NCBI GenBank assembly: GCA_965224705.1
Contig: OZ245056.1
Span: forward strand, 384,001 to 448,000
Direction of reading: 5' to 3'
DNA: 64,000 nt
Source of the DNA: Spirochaetaceae bacterium
GTDB taxonomy: Bacteria > Spirochaetota > Spirochaetia > DSM-2461
The notes under the pieces are model-generated. The model made no database searches and was not told where the DNA came from. It worked only from the letters and a program-made list of their open reading frames with translations. Shown here piece by piece: positions 27,830 through 36,867 of this stretch (the stretch's first letter is position 1; each line of letters opens with the position of its first letter). A program made the translations under genes and the position numbers.

Positions 27830-29235
27830 TAACCGACACTCCCTTCCATTTCCAGTTCAATCAGCCGGTTGAGTTCCACCGCGTATTCCATTGGAAGCTG
27901 CTTCACCAGGGGATCCAGAAATCCATTGACAATCATCATGGAAGCCTCCTCTGCCGAGAGACCGCGTGCCATAAGGTAGAAGAGTTGATCTTCACTGATC
28001 TTACTCACACGAGCCTCATGTTCCATCGAAACATCATCGGATTCTATTTCCATATAAGGAAAAGTCTTACTTCTGGAATTCTCATCAAGAATCAAAGCAT
28101 CGCAAACCACATGACTCTTGATGTTGTGCAATCCTTCTGTCACTTTGATCAATCCCCTGTAAGTGGCGGTACCGCCGTCCTTACTGATAGATTTTGATGT
28201 GATAACACTGGATGTGTTGGAGGCATTATGCACTATTTTGCCCCCAGTATCCTGCTCCTGATTCTTTCCGCCAAAGGCAATGGATAATACTTCGCCGTGG
28301 GCACCTTCTCCCATCAGATACACAGACGGATACTTCATGGTTCTCTTGGAACCGATGTTCCCGTCCACCCATTCCACAGTGGCTCCTTCCTTCGCCACCG
28401 CACGTTTGGTTACCAGGTTATACACATCCCCGGACCAGTTTTGAATGGTCGAATAGCGGACCCTGGCTCCTTTTTCAGCAATGATTTCCACAACTGCGCT
28501 GTGCAGGGAGTCGGTTGTGTATACAGGAGCCGTACAACCTTCGATGTAGTGCACAAAGCTGTTTTCATCAACGATGATGAGAGTGCGTTCAAATTGACCG
28601 AAATTCTCAGAGTTAATCCGAAAATACGCCTGGAGAGGAATATCGACATGCACATTCGGCGGAACATAGATGAAACTCCCCCCGGACCACACCGCCGTAT
28701 TGAGAGCCGCAAATTTATTGTCGTTAAAAGAAATGACTGTACCAAAGTGTTTTCTGACGATTTCAGGATGCTCGGCGACAGCCTGTTCCGGGCTGAGAAA
28801 CAATACACCCTGTTGTTCCAGTTCCTGTTTGATGGAGTGGTACACAACTTCCGAGTCATATTGGGCCCCAACTCCGGCAAGAAAATTCTTCTCAGCATCC
28901 GGAAGACCCAGTTTATTGTAGGTTTCCAGAATGTCTTCGGGCAAATCCTCCCAGGATTTTACAACTTCATTTGCAGGTTTGGCATAGTAATAGATATCTT
29001 CGAAATCAATATCACCGATGTCAGCGCCCCAATTTGGCATGGGTTTCCGGCGGAAAGCTCCAAGTGCTCTCAACCGGGATTCAAGCATCCAATCCGGTTC
29101 ATTTTTCTGGGCACTGATGGCACGAACAACATTCTCACTCAAACCCTTCCCCGGCTTGTATACTGACTTATCCTCATAGGAAAAACCATATTGGTAATCA
29201 TCCAGTCCGGCGACTGGAATCTGTGCCTCGCTCAT
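27829..29235 (-). CDS. sufB: SufB
   Basis: AQYDSEVVY, GQFERTLI, YIEGCTAP, HEARVSKI, PMEYAVE. Confidence 0.97.
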   Translation of the reverse strand: MSEAQIPVAGLDDYQYGFSYEDKSVYKPGKGLSENVVRAISAQKNEPDWMLESRLRALGAFRRKPMPNWGADIGDIDFEDIYYYAKPANEVVKSWEDLPEDILETYNKLGLPDAEKNFLAGVGAQYDSEVVYHSIKQELEQQGVLFLSPEQAVAEHPEIVRKHFGTVISFNDNKFAALNTAVWSGGSFIYVPPNVHVDIPLQAYFRINSENFGQFERTLIIVDENSFVHYIEGCTAPVYTTDSLHSAVVEIIAEKGARVRYSTIQNWSGDVYNLVTKRAVAKEGATVEWVDGNIGSKRTMKYPSVYLMGEGAHGEVLSIAFGGKNQEQDTGGKIVHNASNTSSVITSKSISKDGGTATYRGLIKVTEGLHNIKSHVVCDALILDENSRSKTFPYMEIESDDVSMEHEARVSKISEDQLFYLMARGLSAEEASMMIVNGFLDPLVKQLPMEYAVELNRLIELEMEGSVG

Positions 29236-29978
29236 CAGCTTGCCTCCTTCAGCCAGTCATATCCCTTCTCTTCCAGATCTTCAACAATTTCAGGTCCGCC
29301 GGACAGGACGATACGGCCGTCCATCATAACATGCACCTTATCCGGCTTAATATAATCAAGAATACGCTGATAGTGAGTAATCACCAGGCATCCGAATTTG
29401 GAATTCCGGAGTTTATTGACCCCTTTGGCCACAACCTGTAAGGCATCAATATCCAGACCCGAATCGGTTTCATCCAGAACGGCGAAATCAGGCTTGAGCA
29501 TAAGCATCTGCAGAATCTCCATGCGCTTCTTCTCACCCCCGGAAAATCCCTCATTGAGATAACGGTTGATGAACTGCTGATCCATATCCATGAATTCCAT
29601 GGTACTGCGAAGTTCCCTGATGCAGGCACTGATATCGAATCGGCCTTCCTCTCCCCGACGAAGTTCCACTGCCCGTTTGAGAAACTTCCCAACAGTGATG
29701 CCCGGTACTTCCACCGGATACTGAAAGGCCAGGTAAAACCCGGCCCGTGCCCGTTCGTAAGCCTCCAGATCCAGCAAATTCACATCTCCCATGGAGAAGG
29801 AACCGCCATTGACCTCATAGTGAGGATGACCCGCCAGAACATTGGCCAATGTACTCTTACCTGATCCGTTAGGACCCATAAGGGCATGAACCTCACCGCC
29901 CGGGACTTCAAGATTGATACCATGTAATATTGATTTATCCGGTAAACCGGCCTTAAGATTTTCAATTTTCAGGTTCAT
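29235..29978 (-). CDS. sufC: SufC ATPase
   Basis: GPNGSGKST, FQYPVEVPG, GFSGGEKKR, LDETDSGLDIDAL, THYQR. Confidence 0.97.
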   Translation of the reverse strand: MNLKIENLKAGLPDKSILHGINLEVPGGEVHALMGPNGSGKSTLANVLAGHPHYEVNGGSFSMGDVNLLDLEAYERARAGFYLAFQYPVEVPGITVGKFLKRAVELRRGEEGRFDISACIRELRSTMEFMDMDQQFINRYLNEGFSGGEKKRMEILQMLMLKPDFAVLDETDSGLDIDALQVVAKGVNKLRNSKFGCLVITHYQRILDYIKPDKVHVMMDGRIVLSGGPEIVEDLEEKGYDWLKEAS

Positions 29979-30024
29979 AAAACCTCCTTCTATTTTTTAA
30001 CTGCCCTGTATTGATTCAAAGTCC

Positions 30025-30330
30025 TCATATAGGATATCCAAGGAGAAGCCGGGCACTTTCGCTCATCATGTCCTGGCTCCAGGGAGGGGTCCATACAACA
30101 TTGGTCAGGACATCCTTTACATCTGTCTGCCTCTTAACCTGTGCAATAATATCCGACGTAATCATATCTCCGAGGGGGCATCCGGGATATGTAAGAGTGA
30201 AATCAACCTCTGCAATATTCCCTTCCACCACATGAGTTCTGTAAACCAATCCCAAATCAACAATGTTAATATTCAACTCAGGGTCGATAACATCATATAA
30301 CGCATCTTTTACATCCTGATCCGTAGCCAT
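30025..30330 (-). CDS. sufT: SufT / DUF59 Fe-S assembly protein
   Basis: DPELNINIVDLGLVY, TLTYPGCP, WTPPW. Confidence 0.9.
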   Translation of the reverse strand: MATDQDVKDALYDVIDPELNINIVDLGLVYRTHVVEGNIAEVDFTLTYPGCPLGDMITSDIIAQVKRQTDVKDVLTNVVWTPPWSQDMMSESARLLLGYPI

Positions 30331-30333
30331 AAC

Positions 30334-30768
30334 CTATTCCTTCTCCGAATACTCTCTCAGTTCCGACCGGGAAAACTCATCCAGTGAGATATTTTCCACG
30401 AAAGCAATCCACTTATCTTGAAAAACCTGTATGATGGGTTTAATCGTGCATCCACAATTCTCCTGGGCACAATTCCCGTCATCAGTCAGGCAGTCTGCTA
30501 TGCGCTCATCTCCCCTCACCGCTTTGATGATACGGCCAAGCCGAATATCCTGAGGGATGCTCTTCAGGCAGTATCCCCCCTGTGGGCCCTGTATGGCACG
30601 GATTAGACCACCTGCTCTGAGCTTCTGGAGTATGCGGGCCAGCAGCTTGAATGGTATCTCAAATTTCACTGATATCTCCCTTGCGGAGATAAGCTGGCCT
30701 GCCGGCAGCCGGGTCATTTCCAGCAGGGCAATAAGCGCGTACTCCATATCTTTGTTAAATCGAAACAT
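30334..30768 (-). CDS. Rrf2-family transcriptional regulator with a Cys cluster
   Basis: YALIAL, wHTH, GPQGGY, C-x6-C-x4-C-x-C. Confidence 0.9.
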   Translation of the reverse strand: MFRFNKDMEYALIALLEMTRLPAGQLISAREISVKFEIPFKLLARILQKLRAGGLIRAIQGPQGGYCLKSIPQDIRLGRIIKAVRGDERIADCLTDDGNCAQENCGCTIKPIIQVFQDKWIAFVENISLDEFSRSELREYSEKE

Positions 30769-30777
30769 TCACTCCTC

Positions 30778-30830
30778 TAATACTACAGTTTTAATAGTAT
30801 TAAAATAATCACTGGTACTATTTTTGTCAA
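30778..30830 (-). promoter_or_regulatory. suf operon promoter with an overlapping palindromic operator
   Basis: TTGACA(30830-30825)-N17-TATTTT; perfect inverted repeat TAATACTA-N9-TAGTATTA at 30778-30802. Confidence 0.65.
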
Positions 30831-30965
30831 CAGCATAATTCTCAAGTAGATATCTGGAATTAACCGTACATGCATTCCTGCTGTAATCATCGCCCATCAA
30901 TCAGATTTCCATCCGCCGGAGAAAACAGGTGACGAGTCATTCCCTATGCGATATAGTTGCTCCAT

Positions 30966-31898
30966 ATGACAGATACAACAACTATCCCCCGACTTCTGGA
31001 AGGAATGGATCAAGTATTCAAAGGTAAAAAAGAACTTCTGGAATTTATAATAGCGGCTGTTATTGGCGGAGGACATATTCTTATTGAAGACCTACCGGGA
31101 ACTGGAAAAACAACGATTGGAAGAACACTGGCCAAACTCATTGAAGGAGCGGAGTTCAAGCGTATTCAATTCACTCCCGATTTATTGCCCTATGATATCA
31201 CAGGAGTTGATATCTGGGATGAAGAAACCCGGCAGTTTGTATTTCGGCCCGGGCCGGTATTCGCCAATGTTGTACTGGCCGATGAAATCAATCGAACAAC
31301 TCCAAAAGTTCAATCAGCACTTCTGGAAGCCATGGCAGAATCCCAGGTAACGGTTGGCAACCGTACACATCTGCTTCCCCCATTTTTTGCAGTTATAGCC
31401 ACACAAAACCCCATTGAAACGGAGGGAACCTACCCTCTGCCTGAAGCACAGAAAGATCGCTTCATGCTTCTTCTGCGTCCTGGTTATCCGGAGAGGGAAA
31501 CTGAGTACAGCATTGTAACCAAAAATCCCGGGCGAAGTAAACTGCCGACTCTTGCGCCGGTTTGCACAATGGAAGAACTTCTGCATATCAAAAAGGAAGT
31601 TATGGATGTGTATGTTGATGAACGAATTATCCGCTGTGCTGTCAACATTGCCTCGGCACTGCGGGAACACCCGGATATCTCTCTGGGAGTATCAACAAGG
31701 GGAGCCTTGATGCTGGTGGATGCTATGAAAGGTCTGGCATTGGTGAGGGAAAGAAACTATGTGATTGATCAGGATTTATCTGACCTCGTGGTGGCCGTCT
31801 ATGCCCATCGCATACATCTTAGAGGAGGATTCTCCAATGCCGAATCAATGGTAATGGACTTTGCTGCCCGGGAAATCCACCAATTACATCATGGTTAA
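30966..31898 (+). CDS. MoxR-family AAA+ ATPase
   Basis: GHILIEDLPGTGKT, RIQFTPDLLP, LADEINR, ATQNPIE.EGTYPLPEAQKDRF; upstream GTGACG-N17-TATAGT-N8-ATG. Confidence 0.93.
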   Translation: MTDTTTIPRLLEGMDQVFKGKKELLEFIIAAVIGGGHILIEDLPGTGKTTIGRTLAKLIEGAEFKRIQFTPDLLPYDITGVDIWDEETRQFVFRPGPVFANVVLADEINRTTPKVQSALLEAMAESQVTVGNRTHLLPPFFAVIATQNPIETEGTYPLPEAQKDRFMLLLRPGYPERETEYSIVTKNPGRSKLPTLAPVCTMEELLHIKKEVMDVYVDERIIRCAVNIASALREHPDISLGVSTRGALMLVDAMKGLALVRERNYVIDQDLSDLVVAVYAHRIHLRGGFSNAESMVMDFAAREIHQLHHG

Positions 31899-33000
31899 TC
31901 AGCAGCGGGTACTTTTCTACCCAACTCTTCCAGGAGTACTGGCCAGTATCGCCCCCCTGCTGCTTCTGCATCCGGCTGTCGAAGGATCCAGCGTCCCTGG
32001 AATTCTAATCGGCCTGGGCATACCGGCATTGGTTTTCTTCTCCCTGCTGTATCTTTTGATCACCTTCCCTTTTATACGGCGGTGGTCAAAGAAAATTGAT
32101 CACAATCTTCTTTCTCTGCCCGGAGTATGCAACGCAGGAGAAAACATCACTGTGGAAGCCGATCCGAAACGCCCGGTCTTTCTACCGGGTACCCGTCTGT
32201 TTCTTCATTGGCGATTCAGTTTTGGACCGTTCAAGGAGAAGTTATTCATTCCCCTGCCGCCCAGAGGCAAGGGTCGGGGTCAATTGAAGTTTAGCCGCCG
32301 CGGTCATTGGCTGGGCAGACCGTATTTCCATGCTGCCGATCCCTTTGGTTTTTTTGTATTTCGATGTGCAATTGATGTTCAGCGGAACATTACAGTCCCA
32401 CCGAAACCTGTTGCTTTGACACGGGGTTTTCCGGCAGGGAAGAAGTCAACTGTATCGGCCGCAGCTCCCCGATTAAAAGACGATGCTGAGGAACGCCTGG
32501 AAAGGCGTCAATACAATCCTGGAGATGATACACGGCGTCTGGACTGGAAGCATTATGCCCGAACCGGTGAATTCATGATAAGAATTGGTGAGGATGCAAT
32601 CCAGACTCGGGGCAAAACATGGCTGCAGGTTGCCGCATCACGAAGCCGCTTCGTAAAAAAGCGGTACGGTCAACTTGATTCCTCCCTCAGTATGACGATG
32701 GCTCTGGTTCATCTGCTCACCGAGGCAGGAGAGGTGTTAACACGATTTCCAGGAGAGGAGAAGTGGATCAATACCAATCACAAAAATTGGCTTGAATGCA
32801 TATCCCGGGTTGAGCCTGGAAGCCTGCACACCCGGAACACGCCATCGGCAGGTGAATCCCTGTTCATAGTGTCCAGCTCAAAGGATATGGAAGGGTATCA
32901 GTTTTATACCCAGGCCCGGCAGGCAGGATGTCAGTCTGTTTTCATAACATCGGATTCCAACTCCGTCCGCCGTCCATGGTGGTGGTTTTTTGAAGAGTAA
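31891..33000 (+). CDS. DUF58 membrane protein
   Basis: Two N-terminal TM segments, RRG, DPFGF, RQYNPGDDTRRLDWKHYARTG. Confidence 0.85.
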   Translation: MVNQQRVLFYPTLPGVLASIAPLLLLHPAVEGSSVPGILIGLGIPALVFFSLLYLLITFPFIRRWSKKIDHNLLSLPGVCNAGENITVEADPKRPVFLPGTRLFLHWRFSFGPFKEKLFIPLPPRGKGRGQLKFSRRGHWLGRPYFHAADPFGFFVFRCAIDVQRNITVPPKPVALTRGFPAGKKSTVSAAAPRLKDDAEERLERRQYNPGDDTRRLDWKHYARTGEFMIRIGEDAIQTRGKTWLQVAASRSRFVKKRYGQLDSSLSMTMALVHLLTEAGEVLTRFPGEEKWINTNHKNWLECISRVEPGSLHTRNTPSAGESLFIVSSSKDMEGYQFYTQARQAGCQSVFITSDSNSVRRPWWWFFEE

Positions 33001-33004
33001 TGAG

Positions 33005-35125
33005 ATGGGAAAATTGATGGGCAATGTACCTCGTATTTTGCTGGGCGGCTGTGTATGGGTTCTTTATTGCGCTGGTCTGGATGACATTGTGCCCCCTGCA
33101 TGGATATGGGGTGCTTTTCCAATGGCTGTGCTGGCAGGTTGGCTGCTCAAAAGAATCAAGGTACGGCTTCTACCGGCCATAGCTCTGACGGTCCTGCTTC
33201 CCTGGATAATCCGGGGCATCATTTTTACGCTGGCCGTGATAACCCACAAAGACATTCAGGTGAGTTGGGACAGGGGCTGGCTGCTCACAGCACCCCTCTG
33301 GTACTTCCTTGCCATAAGTAACTATCTTGTACCAAAATTCCCTGTCTTTGCCTGTGTGGAAGCCCTGGTTGCTGCCATTACAGGCGGAATTCTTATTACT
33401 CTCTTTTTCAATGACTTTGGTGAACTCTCCTCCCTGCAGGTTGAGAGCTTCCGCTTATTGATCTCAAGCTTCCTGTTTCTTCTAACCCTGCTCTGTCTGT
33501 ACATAGCCTGCAGACGAATCCACAGAAAACCCGGAGGGACACTTCATCCGGCTGGTGTGATGTACTGGGGCAGTCTTATCCTGCTGATCAGTCTGATGAT
33601 TTTTCTCGGCAATTCAGTACGGCGGGAAGAGTCTGTCAGTGCCGGAGGAGGGTTACTTACAACCGACCTGTTTCGTTTTGACTTTGGAGATGTTCTTACT
33701 CTTGAGCCCAGAATTGAACTCAATGCAGAACTGTCCCTGCTTTACAGGGAAGATGGAAGACCACAAACCCGGTATCTCAGACGGTTTACACTGTCGGGTT
33801 GGAGCGGGGAAAAAGGTTTTTTCAGAGATCCTCCCATGGAAGTCGACTACCCTGGCGGTCCTTCCCTGCCCGCCAACCTGCCCGGAGGCCTGAGAACATG
33901 GGCTATTCCTGAGGCAAAACAGGCGAGCACAGTCAGGCAGGAGTACTATCTGGTTGCCCTGGATCCAGAATCATTCATCTCTCTTGGAAGTCCATTCCGT
34001 ATTGAGCCATGGACAATCTGGGATGATGCTTCATTCGTGCGGGCCTATGCGGCAGAGTCAATGGTTTCCCATGCCGGGAAATGGGAACTCTCCGATGCCC
34101 AATCCGACACCCTTCCCTCTGATTTCAAGGAATACTTTCTTAGAGGTGGTGATGAACCTGAGTTCAAGGAACTGGCCGCAACAATCATTGGTGATAAAAC
34201 CGGTGTTTGGGAAGGGGCCAATGCCATTGAGAACTGGCTTCTTGATAATTATTACTACTCCCTCATTCCTGGACTGGCTCCTGACGGGGATCAGTTATCC
34301 TGGTTTCTTTTTGAGTCCCGGAAGGGATATTGTTCCTACTTTGCCTTCGCCATGGCCAGGCTTTGCCGGTCAGTTGGTATTCCCGCCCGTGTTGTGGTGG
34401 GATTCTTCACCAGACCCCAGACTTCCACATTGGGTTTCACACCGGTATTCTCAGATTCTGCCCATGCGTGGGTGGAAGTCTGGATAGAAGAATATGGCTG
34501 GATAAGCTTTGATCCGACCTCAAATACAATGGCACCTGGTGAGGATTATCCGATGCGTTTCACCTCTCCCGATGAGTGGCTGCCCCTTGTTGAGGAGATA
34601 TTGACCCGAAGAGGTGAAGTAAGTGCTGCCATTGAAGAATTGACGGAGGATGCCGGATTTGAATCAAAGTGGTGGCAGGATCTATTCATTGAGATGAGGG
34701 AAAAGCCGTCCGTAATCGGCATAATCATTCTTCTACTCATTGTACTCCTTTACCTGCCTGGCCGGATAATTCCCGGTATTTCGAACATTATCAGTGAACA
34801 TTCAAGGTCTCCCGAACGGTCAGCCAGGGGACAGTGGCAGCGTTTTTCACGGCATTTGATACGCAGCGGATGGCATGCAAAAGAGGGGGAGACAATTCTG
34901 GAGTGGGCTGAAAGAATCGATTCTGTGGAAGGTTTCTCTTCCTGGACAAGACTGTATCTCAAGGCAGAATTCTCTCCAGTCTTTGAAGAACAGGATAAAA
35001 CAGCCGCAGATATGCTTGCCGGAAAGGCATGGAGATCATTGAAAAAAACAAGCTTGAGACGCCGCATCAAAGCATGTCTGTCACCGGGGTGGTCAACAAA
35101 ATCACAATGGAGATCTCACAGGTGA
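33005..35125 (+). CDS. Polytopic membrane protein with a transglutaminase-like domain (TgpA-like)
   Basis: Multiple N-terminal TM segments; GYCSYFA, GIPARVVVGF, HAWVEV, FDPT (Cys-His-Asp triad). Start approximate. Confidence 0.88.
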   Translation: MGKLMGNVPRILLGGCVWVLYCAGLDDIVPPAWIWGAFPMAVLAGWLLKRIKVRLLPAIALTVLLPWIIRGIIFTLAVITHKDIQVSWDRGWLLTAPLWYFLAISNYLVPKFPVFACVEALVAAITGGILITLFFNDFGELSSLQVESFRLLISSFLFLLTLLCLYIACRRIHRKPGGTLHPAGVMYWGSLILLISLMIFLGNSVRREESVSAGGGLLTTDLFRFDFGDVLTLEPRIELNAELSLLYREDGRPQTRYLRRFTLSGWSGEKGFFRDPPMEVDYPGGPSLPANLPGGLRTWAIPEAKQASTVRQEYYLVALDPESFISLGSPFRIEPWTIWDDASFVRAYAAESMVSHAGKWELSDAQSDTLPSDFKEYFLRGGDEPEFKELAATIIGDKTGVWEGANAIENWLLDNYYYSLIPGLAPDGDQLSWFLFESRKGYCSYFAFAMARLCRSVGIPARVVVGFFTRPQTSTLGFTPVFSDSAHAWVEVWIEEYGWISFDPTSNTMAPGEDYPMRFTSPDEWLPLVEEILTRRGEVSAAIEELTEDAGFESKWWQDLFIEMREKPSVIGIIILLLIVLLYLPGRIIPGISNIISEHSRSPERSARGQWQRFSRHLIRSGWHAKEGETILEWAERIDSVEGFSSWTRLYLKAEFSPVFEEQDKTAADMLAGKAWRSLKKTSLRRRIKACLSPGWSTKSQWRSHR

Positions 35126-36867
35126 AGCAGCTCATATTCGTTATACTCATAACCCTGCTGTCACTGTTCATCCATGCTGATGAGGTTGACAGTCTCATAG
35201 ACAGAGTGGACATTGCTGTTGCAGAAAACAGGTACACTCAGGCGATCACACTTCTGGAGGAAGGGAAGGTATCCTGGCCCCGGGATACAAGAATCCTGAT
35301 TCGAGCCGGCAAGCTGTATCTTGAGCAAAAACTCTACCATCTTGCACTGGCCGAATTTTTGAAGGCCGGTCAATTCAAACCGAATAACCCCTATATTCTG
35401 TTCGACATCGCCAGGGCCTACAGCTATCTTGGAAGTTACAATACGGCTGTTGATACTCTTGAAGAAGCCCTGGACATAGTGGAAGAAGGGGCACTCCGGA
35501 TATCTATAATTGACGATCTCAGCTGGATGTATTTTAAAACTCATCGAATGGATGAAGGGATTGTTCTTCTTGAGAATGCTCTTCAGGAGCAATACAACCG
35601 GGGTTGGGCCCATACTCTGGGAACCCTGTACTCAGGTATATATAATGCTGACCTTGCCCGTGAATGGTATTTGAATTCCATTGAGGATGCCCTCAACGCA
35701 GGGGACGAGTTTTTCGCCTCTGTTGCTTTTTATAATTTATCCATACTCGAACAAACTTTTTACCAATATGACAAAGCACGAGAATACGCCAGTCGATCTC
35801 TGGAACTCCGTGAGCGGACAAATGGATACATTATTACAGGCGAGTTGGAATTCATGTCCTGGAACCTGCCAGATTCCATCAAGGCGTACAGGACAGCGGA
35901 AAGCATGGATGAAACACCTCTTTCCCGTGTCAACATTGCGTATTTCAGCAGACGGATTGGCCGTTTAGACGAAGCGGTGCGGTTTATAAATGACGTTCTG
36001 GCGGAAGATGATGAGTCCTGGATGTATTCCTATGGAATTAACACCCAGCGTTTCAATATGGATCTCAACGAAATTCTGGCTGCCGCATGGAATGGAAAGG
36101 CAAAAACAGAAGCCCTCACTCCTCAAGGAAGCATGGGGGGGCATGTACGTCGATTTATCCGTTCCCTTATATGGAATATCCGGGGAATTTACCATGATAT
36201 GAAATACCGTGCCCTATCGAGTCAATATGTATCGGAACTCACCGCTGAGGGAAATATCCTTGATTCAGAATGGTATGCATACCGCTTGAATCAGGGTTAT
36301 AGCCGATCAGCAATGAGGCATCTGGACAACGCACGGGCTCTTGAAACAGCATTAACCGTCCATGCAGTCCCATGGTATCTGCTGGAATCTGGAAGGGAAA
36401 AAGGTAATCGAACGGACATAAATCTGGCACTGAATTCCTTTCAATCCGATGAACAGGAACCTGTTGAACGTTCGCTGCGAACACTTGCAGAAATAACTTC
36501 CAGAAGCAGAGATACGGGATCGAATAAAACTCTTGCCGATTTGTACGCAATCAATCCAGGCGGACTCCGACAGTATGGATTGTCTCTGCCTGTTCATATC
36601 GTTATTCCCGGAGAAAAGCTGCCGCTGCTCAAAAGAAGAATCATCAGAATTCTGCGCTCGGCCGGATATAGAATTGCAGGAAAGAAAGAGAGTTTAACCT
36701 CAACCCTGACCATCAATATGCGCAGCGAAGAGCTTTACTGGTATCTATCAGGTCCTGAGGGAAAAACAATCAGCGAGGCTCGTACCGGTATAATCAAAAA
36801 ATCCCGGGATGCAGCGGAGGTATTGGCTGGACTTCTGGATCGTTTCTATTATACAAAAGTGGATTAA
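35122..36867 (+). CDS. Exported TPR protein
   Basis: GTG overlapping the upstream TGA gives signal-peptide-like MKQLIFVILITLLSLFIHA; TPR-like helical repeats follow. Confidence 0.75.
   Translation: MKQLIFVILITLLSLFIHADEVDSLIDRVDIAVAENRYTQAITLLEEGKVSWPRDTRILIRAGKLYLEQKLYHLALAEFLKAGQFKPNNPYILFDIARAYSYLGSYNTAVDTLEEALDIVEEGALRISIIDDLSWMYFKTHRMDEGIVLLENALQEQYNRGWAHTLGTLYSGIYNADLAREWYLNSIEDALNAGDEFFASVAFYNLSILEQTFYQYDKAREYASRSLELRERTNGYIITGELEFMSWNLPDSIKAYRTAESMDETPLSRVNIAYFSRRIGRLDEAVRFINDVLAEDDESWMYSYGINTQRFNMDLNEILAAAWNGKAKTEALTPQGSMGGHVRRFIRSLIWNIRGIYHDMKYRALSSQYVSELTAEGNILDSEWYAYRLNQGYSRSAMRHLDNARALETALTVHAVPWYLLESGREKGNRTDINLALNSFQSDEQEPVERSLRTLAEITSRSRDTGSNKTLADLYAINPGGLRQYGLSLPVHIVIPGEKLPLLKRRIIRILRSAGYRIAGKKESLTSTLTINMRSEELYWYLSGPEGKTISEARTGIIKKSRDAAEVLAGLLDRFYYTKVD

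Noticed and set aside
28297..29166. 289-aa plus-strand ORF (also 39172-39789 and 46803-47381)
   Set aside because: Antisense shadows of sufB, clpX/lon and era with no motifs.
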